From Ylistrum balloti (Eukaryota), in the NCBI RefSeq assembly GCF_031769215.1, contig NW_026781901.1, positions 868,001 to 932,000 of the forward strand: a stretch of DNA of 64,000 bases, in the 5' to 3' direction. Made by a program: the position numbers and the translations under genes. Position 1 is the first letter of the stretch; every line of letters starts with the position of its first letter. The notes below the pieces were generated by a model, which searched no databases, was not told where the DNA came from, and saw only the letters and a list, made by a program, of their open reading frames with translations. Shown in pieces: positions 28,640 to 40,517 of the stretch.

Positions 28640-30850
28640 ATATAGTTATATACCAAAGTATATTGAATATTACAGATATATACCAAAGGCAGCGAAATAT
28701 TACAGATATATACCAAAGTAGATTAAATATTACAGATATATACCAAAGTCAGTGAAATATTACAGATATATACCAAAGTCAGTGAAATATTACAGATATA
28801 TACCAAAGTGGATGGAATATTACCGATATATACCAAAGTAGATGAAATATTACAGATATATACCAAAGTCAGTGAAATATTATAGATATATACCAAAGTC
28901 AGCGAAATATTACAGATATATACCAAAGTCAATGAAATATTACAGATATATACCAAAGTCAGTGAAATATTACAGATATACCAAAGTCAGTGAAATATTA
29001 CAATTATATACCAAAGGCAGCGAAATATTACAGTTATATACCAAAGTGGATGGAATATCACAGTTATATACCAAAGACAGTGAAATATTACAGTTATATA
29101 CCAAAGTGAATGGAATATTACAGTGATATACCAAAGTGGATGGAATATTACAGATATATACCAAAGTGGATGAAATATTACAGTTATATACCAAAGACAG
29201 TGAAATATTACAGTTATATACCAAAGTGGATGAAATATTACAGATATATACCAAAGTCAGTGAAATATTACAGATATATACCAAAGTCAGTGAAATATTA
29301 CAGATATATACCAAAGTGGATGGAATACCGATATATACCAAAGTAGATGAAATATTACAGATATATACCAAAGTCAGTGAAATATTATAGATATATACCA
29401 AAGTCAGCGAAATATTACAGATATATACCAAAGTCAATGAAATATTACAGATATATACCAAAGTCAGTGAAATATTACAGATATATACCAAAGTCAGTGA
29501 AATATTACAATTATATACCAAAGGCAGCGAAATATTACAGTTATATACCAAAGTGGACGAAATATTACAATTATATACCAAAGACAGTGAAATATTACAA
29601 TTATATACCAAAGTCAGTGAAATATTATTACAATTATATACCAAAGTGGATGAAATATTACAGATATATACCAAAGTGGATGAAATATTACAGTTATATA
29701 CCAAAGTGGATGGAATATTACAGTTATATACCAAAGTGGATGAAATATTACAGATATATACCAAAGTCAGTGAAATATTACAGATATATACCAAAGTCAG
29801 TGAAATATTACAGATATATACCAAAGTGGAATGGAATATATACAAAGTAGATGAAATAGATATATTATATATACCAAAGTCAGGAAATATTACAATATAT
29901 ACCAAAGTCAGATATATACCAAAGTCAGTGAAATATTACAGATATATACCAAAGTCAGTGAAATATTACAATATATACCAAACAGAAATATTATATACCA
30001 AAGTGGATATTACAATTATATACCAAAGACAGAAATATTACAATTATATACCAAAGTCAGTGAAATATTACAATTATATACCAAAGTCAATGAAATATTA
30101 CAGATATATACCAAAGTGGATGAAATATTACAGATATATACCAAAGTGGATGAAATAAATATTACAGAGTTATATACCAAAGTGGATGAAATATTACAGT
30201 TATATACCAAAGTGGATGGAATATTACAGTTATAAACCAAAGTGGATGAAATATTACAGATATATACCAAAGTGGATGAAATATTACAGATATATACCAA
30301 AGTGGATGAAATATTACAGATATATACCAAAGTCAGTGAAATATTACAGTTATATACCAAAGTCAGTGAAATATTACAATTATATACCAAAGTGGATGAA
30401 ATATTACAGATATATACCAAAGTGAATGGAATATTACAGTTATATACCAAAGTGGATGAAATATTACAGATATATACCAAAGTGGATGAAATATTACAGT
30501 TATATACCAAAGTGGATGGAATATTACAGTTATATACCAAAGTGGATGGAATAACAGTGGATGGAATATTACAGTTATATACCAAAGTGGATGGAATATC
30601 ACAGTTATATACCAAAGTGGATGGAATATTACAGTTATATACCAAAGTGAATGGAATATTACAGTGATATACCAAAGTGGATGGAATATTACAGTGATAT
30701 ACCAAAGTGGATGGAATATCACAGTTATATACCAAAGTGGATGGAATATTACAGTTATATACCAAAGTGGATGGAATATTACAGTTATATACCAAAGTCC
30801 ATGAATATTACACTTATATACCAAAGTGGATGAAATATAACAGTTATCTT
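28640..30850. repeat. 30-bp minisatellite (TATACCAAAGT(CAG/GGA)TGAAATATTACAG(A/T)TA), about 70 units
   Basis: Two units fit each 60-nt line. A run of variant units is duplicated at about 505 bp offset (28831 and 29336). Degenerate units continue to about 30960. Confidence 0.97.
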
Positions 30851-31683
30851 TTACCAGAGGCAATGATGTATTACAATTTAAATGCCACCCACATTCGACA
30901 CTGGAACACTCATACACCAACGTCGACGAAGGAACACTGTTACTTCCTGCTGTCGACGTAAACCCACTTTCGTCGACATAATTCAAAAGCCTATTTAAAA
31001 CACAGCAGACCAATAAACTATATTCTACTGTCGACGTGAGCATGTTTTCACATAAATCGCAATCACAAAAACAGCACATTCAAAGTTACAATGCAACACT
31101 TATTTCATAGGCTACATCAAACAAGATGATTTACGGTCCGCATTGAATTTATTAACGTCGATCGTTAAAAGTTCACTCCCACACAACAATCAAAAAGTAC
31201 AACTACAGACCGGTCGGCATTAAAATGAACTTGCATATACTATTAAGTGCTAGATTACTTCTATAGATATGACCAACCCACGCAGATTGAATAGGGATAA
31301 AAAATATGGTTAAACGAAAGCATTTTCTCATTGAACATAGATTGTGTTCCAGAGTACTGTAAATGGTAAAATCAGTCGATTAATGATTCCGGCGATGCAC
31401 ATATATATAGGACTTGGACTGATATTTCAACATCTACAGATTGATATATCAGCTTTCTTGTCTCCAATTCAAACAGTTTATTGTTTAGATCATTTCGCTT
31501 TTAATTTTATAATTACTATTTCTATGACACAAAATGAGATTTTTTCCGCTAAGAGAATCGATTCCTCATAGCATTTTACAATCCTAGGCACCACGAGTAC
31601 TAAATCACACTCTTAATTGATGGGGTGATGGTGCAACTGATTTCCCTCAGTCGCCTACCAAGGGTTTAAAATTTAGGCCCTTT

Positions 31684-31727
31684 GTAACACTGACGAGTTC
31701 TAGAAGGACGAAACACATGTATGGTAC
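31684..31727 (+). ncRNA. Minimal type I hammerhead ribozyme with complete catalytic core (copy 3)
   Basis: Stem I GTAACA/TGGTAC (5 of 6 paired). Core CTGACGA at 31690-31696. Stem II GTTCT-AGA-AGGAC. GAAA at 31710-31713. Stem III AC-ACAT-GT with palindrome ACATGT. The cleavage triplet is GTA, with a predicted cut after 31721. Confidence 0.8.
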
Positions 31728-33307
31728 AGTTTAATTCATTATTTAGCTCTATTGTATCTAACGCTAAACTTTTTTTGTGTGTGTTAAAGTGTGCTGTTCA
31801 TTTGTGTGTCTTCTGCACAATCTTAATCCTGTAATGATATCGATAGTTGTAAACGCCTTGACAAATCTTCGGCTATACTGAAGAATGTAACCATTATATA
31901 GACGGTATATAGACACGTTGAATTTGCTGGAAAGGTTAATTGATTTCAAGAGCAGTAAAATCAAAATTTTCCAAAACAAAGTTAAAAACATAGAATGAGG
32001 GAGATGTAATTACCCCATACTAGTATAAATATAGTAAATTATACACTGGACACTTCCAAAAGAACAAGCACGGAATCAATTTTTAACGAACTTAAACTAG
32101 ACATGTATATGTACTTGTATCATTACGAAGTGATACAGTTTATTAACCTACAACCTTAAAGGTTTGTACAGAAAGACATACAACTGAACACATTTCAATA
32201 CCATCCAAATATACTGCATATGACGGTAAATGAAATATACAATTTTCTATAGCTGTTTTAATTTAAAGGACTCCTCGTTGATGCAAGTGACCAAGAGTTT
32301 GGAATACTTGTCGGGCAAATGAATCGTTTTTTTTTTAATTTACATATCTTAATCACTTTTTGTCTAAATCTACAAGTCTTATTAAAACGCTTTTCATCTT
32401 TAAAGTTACAATTTTGCCAGAACATGTTTGATTTGTACCGTTTTTGAAATGTAACCAAACCAAACGTCTATAGAGGATGGACCATAAACGAACTATCTAA
32501 ATGAAACTCTACAGCATTAGATTTAAATCTGTAGATAAAATAGGTTGTGTTAAATAGCGATCCAATTAAGCTTTGTGGTTTATGTAGCCCGCCACCGTGT
32601 TACTCATATGTTAAAGTTTCAGATAAGGAAATTAATACAATAGATAGCTGGTAAGGAATTTTGATATTTTGTGAATATTTTTAAAATGAAAAGTTTTTTT
32701 CAGATAGTTATTGGAAAATGATATTGTTAGGTACGGGAATTTCCCACCGTCCGACTGTCAATCTGTTATCTCAGTTTTTTTTATATATTTTTTTTCCACA
32801 GTTCTGAAATACCCACCGCAATGGGAATTTACCAACCCAAACTATTACACAACTACACAATTGTTTCCTAAGTTGTATCAGTGCTTTTTTAAAGTTTCGT
32901 AATCAGGCGAAATTGTCTTTGCGTGAATACAAAGTTATTTTCTGTGCTCCGACATTTTATATTGCTAGAGCACTGCCGTGTAGGTAATTCTCTCGTACTT
33001 CCATAGAACCTTCATATGATTGGATAATTAAAACACAGCAGTAAGAAACAACAAACATGAATTATACAAAATAATATGTACAAAATGATAGAATGTAATT
33101 ATGTTAGTCACATAATTTGTTCCACAGAGTTATCCATCGCACCCTCCGTAACTAAGATTTTATACATCCTGAAAATAATTCAATGGTTGCTTATATAGCG
33201 ATTAATTTTGGCATTTAAGTAGCATTGATTGTAAACAATGACGTTGTTAATAAATAAACGTAATTTAAATAAGTATTATAATACGAGATATCTAATGCCA
33301 CACTTAC

Positions 33308-33949
33308 CTGACGAATACATAGTTATCGTGGCGCTACATAAACCACTTCCGCTCCTGAAGTTTCCCGCCACCACCCGGTTGAGTCCAACATACACACTAT
33401 AATCGACTGCTCCATAGAGAGGCTGTTGCCCTCGCAAAGTGTACAAGAAGCGAGATTTGATGTTATCCTTGTGCGGTCCAGATTTCCATTCTATTCGCTC
33501 ATCACTGATGCTTATTTTTGTATTACTTCCTCTCCTAATAAAATTATCCACCGTCGTTATTAATAATCCACCGTTCGCTGAAGCATCCATGTGCCCGGGC
33601 AGATTATTTCCATAAATTCTAAATTGTTTATTATGAATTTGAGTTTCCGCCATATTGCTTGTTGTTCCGTTATCACCGCCATATCCATCTCCGGTTGGTG
33701 AGTCTGATATATCAAGTGTCCACAGCCTTGGAGGTTCTGAATAGTCCAATAAAATTTTTGCCTCTTTATATGGACCAGAAAAATCTAATTTAAGAACAAC
33801 TTGTTTATCACATGACCTCCCTGGCCTCGTTGTGGGTTTATGTATGAATGAGATATGATTGCTAAATCCCCTGACAACACCACGACGAAGATCCAGATGT
33901 ACTACATTGTCTTCTAAACGCTTGGCAAAACTTTCAATAATGGCAAAAA
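33308..33949 (-). CDS. Internal coding exon (642 nt, phase 1/phase 1) of a secreted protein: end of the signal peptide plus a roughly 200-aa extracellular domain
   Basis: Strong acceptor TTTTCTTTTTTCTCGTTTTCTGTTTCAG| at 33950 and donor TCAG|GTAAGT at 33307. The frame is stop-free: (V)FAIIESFAKRLEDNVVHLDLRRG...SCDKQVVLKLDFSGPYKEAKILLDYSEPPRLWTLDISDSPTGDGYGGDNGTTSNMAETQ...VYVGLNRVVAGNFRSGSGLCSATITMYSS. Composition is protein-like and the length is a multiple of 3. Confidence 0.88.
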
Positions 33950-35143
33950 CTGAAACAGAAAACGAGAAAAAAGAAAAACTGAAAAAAGTCCCGATATTTT
34001 TTTTTTATTATTATCATTATTATTAATTCGTTGACTTGATATAAATATGATCCATAAAAATACAAGAATCACATCCTACTCGGATATAAAACAAAAAGAT
34101 CGATAGATATGACAGAATAAAGTAAACCCCATAAGACTTAAACATTCTGTATAGATGGTAATATTGGTGGGTTCGCGAGGAATTTAACTTAACGATATTC
34201 ACAGTGATCAGAGATAAGACTAAACCATATACTCTGCAGACATTTTCACAATGTATCAATACATCAGGATATAAATATCATAAGTCTGACTAGTGTAATC
34301 TCAAACCAGCACAATTGCGAAATATTAGCCCGCGAAAATTTAAAGAAAAAGTATACGACACTTTCTATTTGTATAAGAATAGAAAAGGTAGCTTTGTGAA
34401 GTTACCAAGACGTTAAATGATTTCCTATATTCAATTCTGGGTCAATAGAGTCTCTCACTGGACCATACTTCCGGTCAGTTATCTTTATCTCTTTCAGGTA
34501 ATCGATGGATAAATCACAGATTGATTACATACAAAGGGAAGCAGAGTTGTTGACGACTACACCAGATGGTACAAAAACAATGCTTGAATGTTTATTATGT
34601 AACACGTGATCGATTTCTGTCGTAAACAATGAATTATATTGCTGTACAGACTCAGAATGGTTTTATTTGTTTATTACTTGTTTTGTTTGTTTGTTTTATC
34701 GCCCCGTGAACAGTTAGGAATATTTCGAGGTGTGATCTCCTTGTCGAAGCTGATGGCTACCTCACCAAGGCCTATCACATCATCCTGAGCAATCAGAGTA
34801 TTTTGCTCAAAAACACAATTACATAAGTACATTGTTAGAGAGAAAGCATTCCATTTTTGTAAACATGGCGACAAAGTAATGATGCATATGTAAAAAAAAT
34901 ATGTAATTGTTCTTGAAAGTTCTTTTATTGTAGGTAAAAGAAAACGACATTAACATATGCACCCTTGTCGCTATGGAACATTGAAAATATAAGAAAAGTA
35001 TATAGATGATATGGATCAGATATATTACGTCACCTTTAAATACATAATAACACCAGACAGGGTTCACATCATGGTCACTGATGATAGACACAGGCTAAAT
35101 GTATATGATCAAATGACATAATTCCCGGTGAAATTAACCCAAT

Positions 35144-35669
35144 TCGGTGTGTAAATGGGAAGATCGGATCGACAGTGCAGTAAAGTTAGGTCGATTTCGT
35201 GGTCAAATCAACCACTTCCGGTGTGTAATGGGGAAGATCGGATCGACAGTGCAGTAAAGTTAGGTCGATTTCGTGGTCAAATCAACCACTTCCGGTGTGT
35301 AATGGGGAAGATCGGATCGACAGTGCAGTAAAGTTAGGTCGATTTCGTGGTCAAATCAACCACTTCCGGTGTGTAATTGGGAAGATCGGATCGACAGTGC
35401 AGTAAAGTTAGGTCGATTTCGTGGTCAAATCAACCACTTCCGGTGTGTAATTGGGAAGATCGGATCGACAGTGCAGTAAAGCTTGGTCGCTTTCGTGGTC
35501 AAATCAACCACTTCCGATGTGTAATTGGGAAGATTAAATTGACAGTGCAGTAAAGCTTGGTCGCTTTCGTGGTCAAATCAACCACTTCCGATGTGTAAGC
35601 GGGAAGATCGGATCGACAGTGCAGTAAAGCTTGGTCGCTTTCGTGGTCAAATCAACCACTTCCGATGTG
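35144..35669. repeat. 74-bp tandem repeat, about 7 copies
   Basis: GATCGGATCGACAGTGCAGTAAAG... starts at 35162, 35236, 35310, 35384, 35458, 35532 and 35606. Confidence 0.97.
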
Positions 35670-37127
35670 AAAGTGCAAAGATTGACAGAAAAGGTAGGTT
35701 GTTTCTTTGCATTCAACCAGAAGGAAAAACGACTTTGGAATATTGCCAAAAATAGCAATAAAAACAAATAAGATGATGATTTGAAGGCGTCACTATCAGT
35801 AGTGATTGGCACCTGTATTATATATTAGTTTGAGCATCCGGTAAAATCAAGTTTTCAGGTTTTATTTCATTTTTTAATTTGTTAACGCTGATGATTTGAA
35901 CCAAAACAAAAGCTAACAAACCACTGAAATGTAATATAGTAGATTACATTCCACTGTTTTTAGAGAAGTCTTGACGTTTCCTATCAATACGAGTATCCAG
36001 GACTTGTGCCACTCGTATCATTTTTTACTTAAAGCCTGACCTATCTTCCTCGTCATATAACACTAGTTCGCTGATGTGTACAGTATCATTGAAAACAATT
36101 GTCCTTCAAAGGGAGCCCTACACCAGCTTACAAGTGCACGTGTATGTCATAAAATGTAACAGAAAGCATATGGGTTGATAAATAATAGAAAAAAGTGTGT
36201 TTTTTCCTTCCAGACACGTGTTCAAGCGAACTACGATCTCATCAAAGCAAAACACACAAAGGGTAAGGATATGTGGAAAACTTCGACTGGATTTCGCGAT
36301 CTGTTCCGGTCAATACACGCTGAACCTTATTAACTTTTATATATTGTTCCGTCTTGTATAATATGACAGTTACAATTTTCTTTTTGATTTCTTTTAAGAT
36401 AAAGATTATACAAACCATACGGTGAAAGATTAGAATTGGCAACGTGTTAAGTTAAAAAATTTAGGACTTTGCCTATCTTCGTTTTATCCTGTTTCAAGTG
36501 CTTCTCGTAAATCACAAAACGGCATAAACAATGGTTGAGATTTCCTACAGCACTGCGTAAACAGGGGCTGTGAGGGGCTAAATTTGTTTCTAAACAAAAA
36601 TTCCAACATCTTGATAAATTATGGGCCAGATGAAGATTTCTGACACAGTTTGTGTGTTTGTTAAAATCGTCTGTATGAGGACCAGTTATTTATAGCACTG
36701 TGCAGCAAATAAGTCATATACATGAATTGGTCGCAAACACAACTTTAAAGTGTAAAGTTACATGCTTAAGTTCTTTCTTTCTGTCTCTTCGGCTGATGTT
36801 AAGTAAGTATCTAAATATGTTTGAATATTTCTTTATACGAAAACATAGTACATTATACATAGCACTTTTTTATCGATATTTTGTATCTTGATAGTATAAC
36901 CAAGGAAGCGTTTGTTAGTAGTGATTTCAGTGTGACTATGTCAAATAAATTATCCGTATTATGAAGAATTTAAGCGTATTACTTTGCTTTAATCAGTTCA
37001 AATCCACGCTCTTTCTTTGCTTTAATTAATAAAAACACACTATCTCTTCTTCTTTTTTTTCTTAAAAATTAATGAAAGCCCACTTTCTGTTTTGCTTTAA
37101 ACATTAAAGGCAAGGCTCTACCTCGTT

Positions 37128-37505
37128 TTAATTGGTTAAAACCCATTCTGTACCTTGGTTTTATTGGTTAAAACCATTCTGTAAACCCATTTTGTACCTT
37201 GATTTAATGGTTAAACCCCATTCTTTACCTTGGCTTTATTGGTTAAAACCCATTCTGTACCTTGGTTTTATTGGTTAAAACCATTCTGTAAAGCCATTTT
37301 GTACCTTGATTTAATGGTTAAACCCCATTCTGTACCTTGGCTTTATTGGTTAAAACCCATTCTGTACCTTGGCTTTATTGGTTAAAACCCATTCTGTACC
37401 TTGATTTATTGGTTAAATCCTATGTTGTATCTTGGTTTTAATGGTTAAATCCTATGTTGTACCTTGGTTTTATTGGTTAAAACCCATTCTGTACCTTGGT
37501 TTTAA
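37128..37505. repeat. 32-bp minisatellite (TGGTTAAAACCCATTCTGTACCTTGG(C/T)TTTAT), about 11 units
   Basis: Tandem units with two longer variant units. Confidence 0.92.
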
Positions 37506-37872
37506 TTAATTAAAAATCACACTTCATGTTTCCAGTGGCCGGAATACTCTTTAATATGTGATTTTTTATAATCCTGAAGATACGTTGAACTTTGAGATGA
37601 CATTCTATCATGTCTCCTACGATATTAATTAGGACTTTTGTTAAGAGTACCATAGTGTATCTCATAGGATTAATTCATTATCGCCAAATATATTTTGGCC
37701 AATAGTGCCGCGATGAAGGTCAATATGAGTAATTAAATTAAAGGACACTCGCCACAAGAATTGCTTTATGAATAATGTGTATTGTAAAAACTAGTACAGC
37801 ATGATGTCAGCAGTTGAGATCGAACGTGCGACAATATGTAAATTCGACTAACGTGATAATACATGTAACAAT

Positions 37873-39424
37873 CTGATGTAGGACTAACGTCTTATCGTGT
37901 GTGCTATAGACACTGATGTAGGACTAATGTCTTATCGTGTGTGCTATAGACACTGATGTAGGACTAACGTCTTACCGTGTGTGCTATAGACACTACACTG
38001 ATGTAGGACTAACGTCTTACCGTGTGTGCTATAGACACTGATGTAGGACTAACGTCTTATCGTGTGTGCTATAGACACTAATGTAGGACTAACGTCTTAA
38101 CGTGTGTGCTATAGACACTGATGTAGTACTAACGTCTTATCGTGTGTGCTATAGACACTGATGTAGGACTAAAGTCTTATCGTGTGTGCTATAGACACTG
38201 ATGTAGGACTAGCGTCTTATCGTGTGTGCTATAGACACTGATGTAGGACTAACGTCTTACCGTGTGTGCTATAGACACTGATGTAGGACTAACGTCTTAC
38301 CGTGTGTGCTATAGACACTGATGTAGGACTAACGTCTTACCGTGTGTGCTGTAGACACTGATGTAGGACTAACCTCTTACCGTGTGTGCTATAGACACTG
38401 ATGTAGGACTTACGTTTTACCATTTGTGTTATAGACACTGATGTAGGACTAACGTCTTACCGTGTGTGCTGTAGACACTGATGTAGGACTAACGTCTTAC
38501 CGTGTGTGCTGTAGACACTTTTGTAGGACTAACGTCTTACCGTGTGTGCTATAGACACTGATGTAGGACTAACGTCTTACCGTGTGTGCTGTAGACATTG
38601 ATGTAGGACTAACATCTTACCGTGTGTGCTGTAGACACTGATGTAGGACTAACGTCTTGCCGTGTGTTATAGACACTGATGTAATACTAGCGTCTTATCG
38701 TGTGTGCTATAGACACTGATGTAGGACTAACGTCTTACCATGTGTGCTATAGACACTGATGTAGGACTAACGTCTTATCGTGTGTGCTATAGACACTGAT
38801 GTAGGACTAAAGTCTTACCGTGTGTGCTGTAGACACTGATGTAGGACTAACCTCTTACCGTGTGTGCTATAGACACTGATGTAGGACTAACGTTTTACCA
38901 TTTGTGTTATAGACACTGATGTAGGACTAACGTCTTACCGTGTGTGCTATAGACACTGATGTAGGACTAACGTCTTACCGTGTGTGCTGTAGACACTTTT
39001 GTAGGACTAACGTCTTACCGTGTGTGCTATAGACACTGATGTAGGACTAACGTCTTACCGTGTGTGCTGTAGACAATGATGTAGGACTAGCGTCCTGCCG
39101 TATGTGTTATAGACACTGATGTAGGACTAACGTCTTACCATGTGTGCTATAGACACTGATGTAGGACTAACGTCTTACCGTGTGTGCTGTAGACACTGAT
39201 GTAGGACGAACGTCTTACCGTGTGTGCTGTAGACACTGATGTAGGACTAACGTCTTACCGTGTGTGCTATAGACACTGATGTAGGACTAACATCTTACCG
39301 TGTGTGCTGTAGACACTGATGTAGGACTAACGTCTTACCGTGTGTGCTGTAGACATTGATGTAGGACTAACGTCTTACCGTGTGTGTTATAGACACTGAT
39401 GTAGGACTAACATCTTACCGTCTA
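37873..39424. repeat. 40-bp minisatellite (CTGATGTAGGACTAACGTCTTACCGTGTGTGCTATAGACA), about 38 units
   Basis: Three units fit every two lines. Units are very homogeneous and directly abutting, with no spacers. Confidence 0.98.
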
Positions 39425-40473
39425 TAGTCAATGATGTACAAATCGTTGAAATTTCTTTCATAAATGCAATATTGAAAGTTTAAGCACTGAACCTTTCTGA
39501 TGTAACCGGATTTTTTTTCAATTTTTGGTTATCAGTGCACGCTTGTAAGTAAACCGTTTTCGAGGACAAGATTCAAGGCACATCTGACGTGCAGTTATAC
39601 CAATATTTTCAGTCCAGATTTTCCACAAAACAAGAACAAACAGGTCAGAATAAAAAAAAAAGAACATAACTTGAAATAAAGTCTAGTACCGTACATTTTC
39701 TATGTTCTGCCTGTCAACACACAAGAAACTTCATTGGTGAGTTGTCTCTACTTTTTACGCGTCTGGTTAGAAAAAGTGACTTGTCTGTGTATTCTGACTG
39801 ACGGAACACCATGTTTCTTAAACCATTTGAACACCTTTAAAACTACCTTTATCTGTGTTTCTACAGAATCAAGTTTCCGCTTTACACGAGTAGTGCATAT
39901 ACAACGCTCTAACAATCTTTCTTAGGAATTTCGATCTGGATCATGTTGACGCTTATCATCAAATATATTTAGAGTTGTCACTCACACTGGGTGAAAGTTT
40001 TAGTCATGCATCGCAATATCTTTTATCAAGATATTCTTTGTAAGTCTAATCAGAATGGGATGATTGATGAATGCTACGGCAATCCTCGGTCTAATCCATG
40101 ATCGTCATCCTTCAACTCATACCGCCAAATGGAAGGGTTTTTTTTCTCTGAGAACTGATTTAAACGTATTGTCTCTGTTTGAATTATTATTTTTTAAAAA
40201 TGGTGTTTCGTCGTATTTCTTTTTACAACTTAACATCATTTTACATATCATTTGATCAAATGGTCAAAATGAAATAAAAAAAAAAAAAAAAAACGAAACA
40301 CAATCGGGTATTTAATCTAACTGTAAGGAGGAACCAAAGGAAATGCCCAGTCTTATGGAAATTACGGAAGGTACTGAATTAAAGGGTTAGTACACCTCCC
40401 CGTCTAGATTTTGAAATTTCTTTTGACTAACTTTTCCTTAGTCGTGACCTATGCTTCAAAATTTAGTTCCTTA

Positions 40474-40517
40474 GTATCACTGACAATTCCTAGAAGGACG
40501 AAACACCCGAACGATGT
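40474..40517 (+). ncRNA. Degenerate minimal type I hammerhead ribozyme (copy 4)
   Basis: GTATCA-CTGACAA-TTCCT AGA AGGAC-GAAA-C ACCC G-AA-CGATGT. G8, G10.1 and U16.1 are mutated. The upstream leader (about 40400-40473) aligns with those of copies 1 and 3. Confidence 0.65.

Noticed and set aside
28723-30961. ORFs over the 30-bp array (YTKVSEILQI, KYYRYIPKSV)
   Set aside because: They are repeat-derived, open in multiple frames and broken by frequent indels.
35144-35669. 74-bp array as CRISPR repeat-spacer units
   Set aside because: The whole 74 bp is repeated and there is no variable spacer.
37104-37554. TTAA-flanked AG...CT segment around the 32-bp array as a Kolobok-type element
   Set aside because: No real terminal inverted repeats beyond 2 bp, and TTAA is common in this AT-rich DNA.
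37873-39424. 40-bp array as a CRISPR array or as tandem hammerheads (CTGATG followed by a GGAC-TAAC-GTCT hairpin)
   Set aside because: Units abut with no unique spacers, there are no cas genes, and the context is eukaryotic. The GAAA and stem III elements of a hammerhead are absent.
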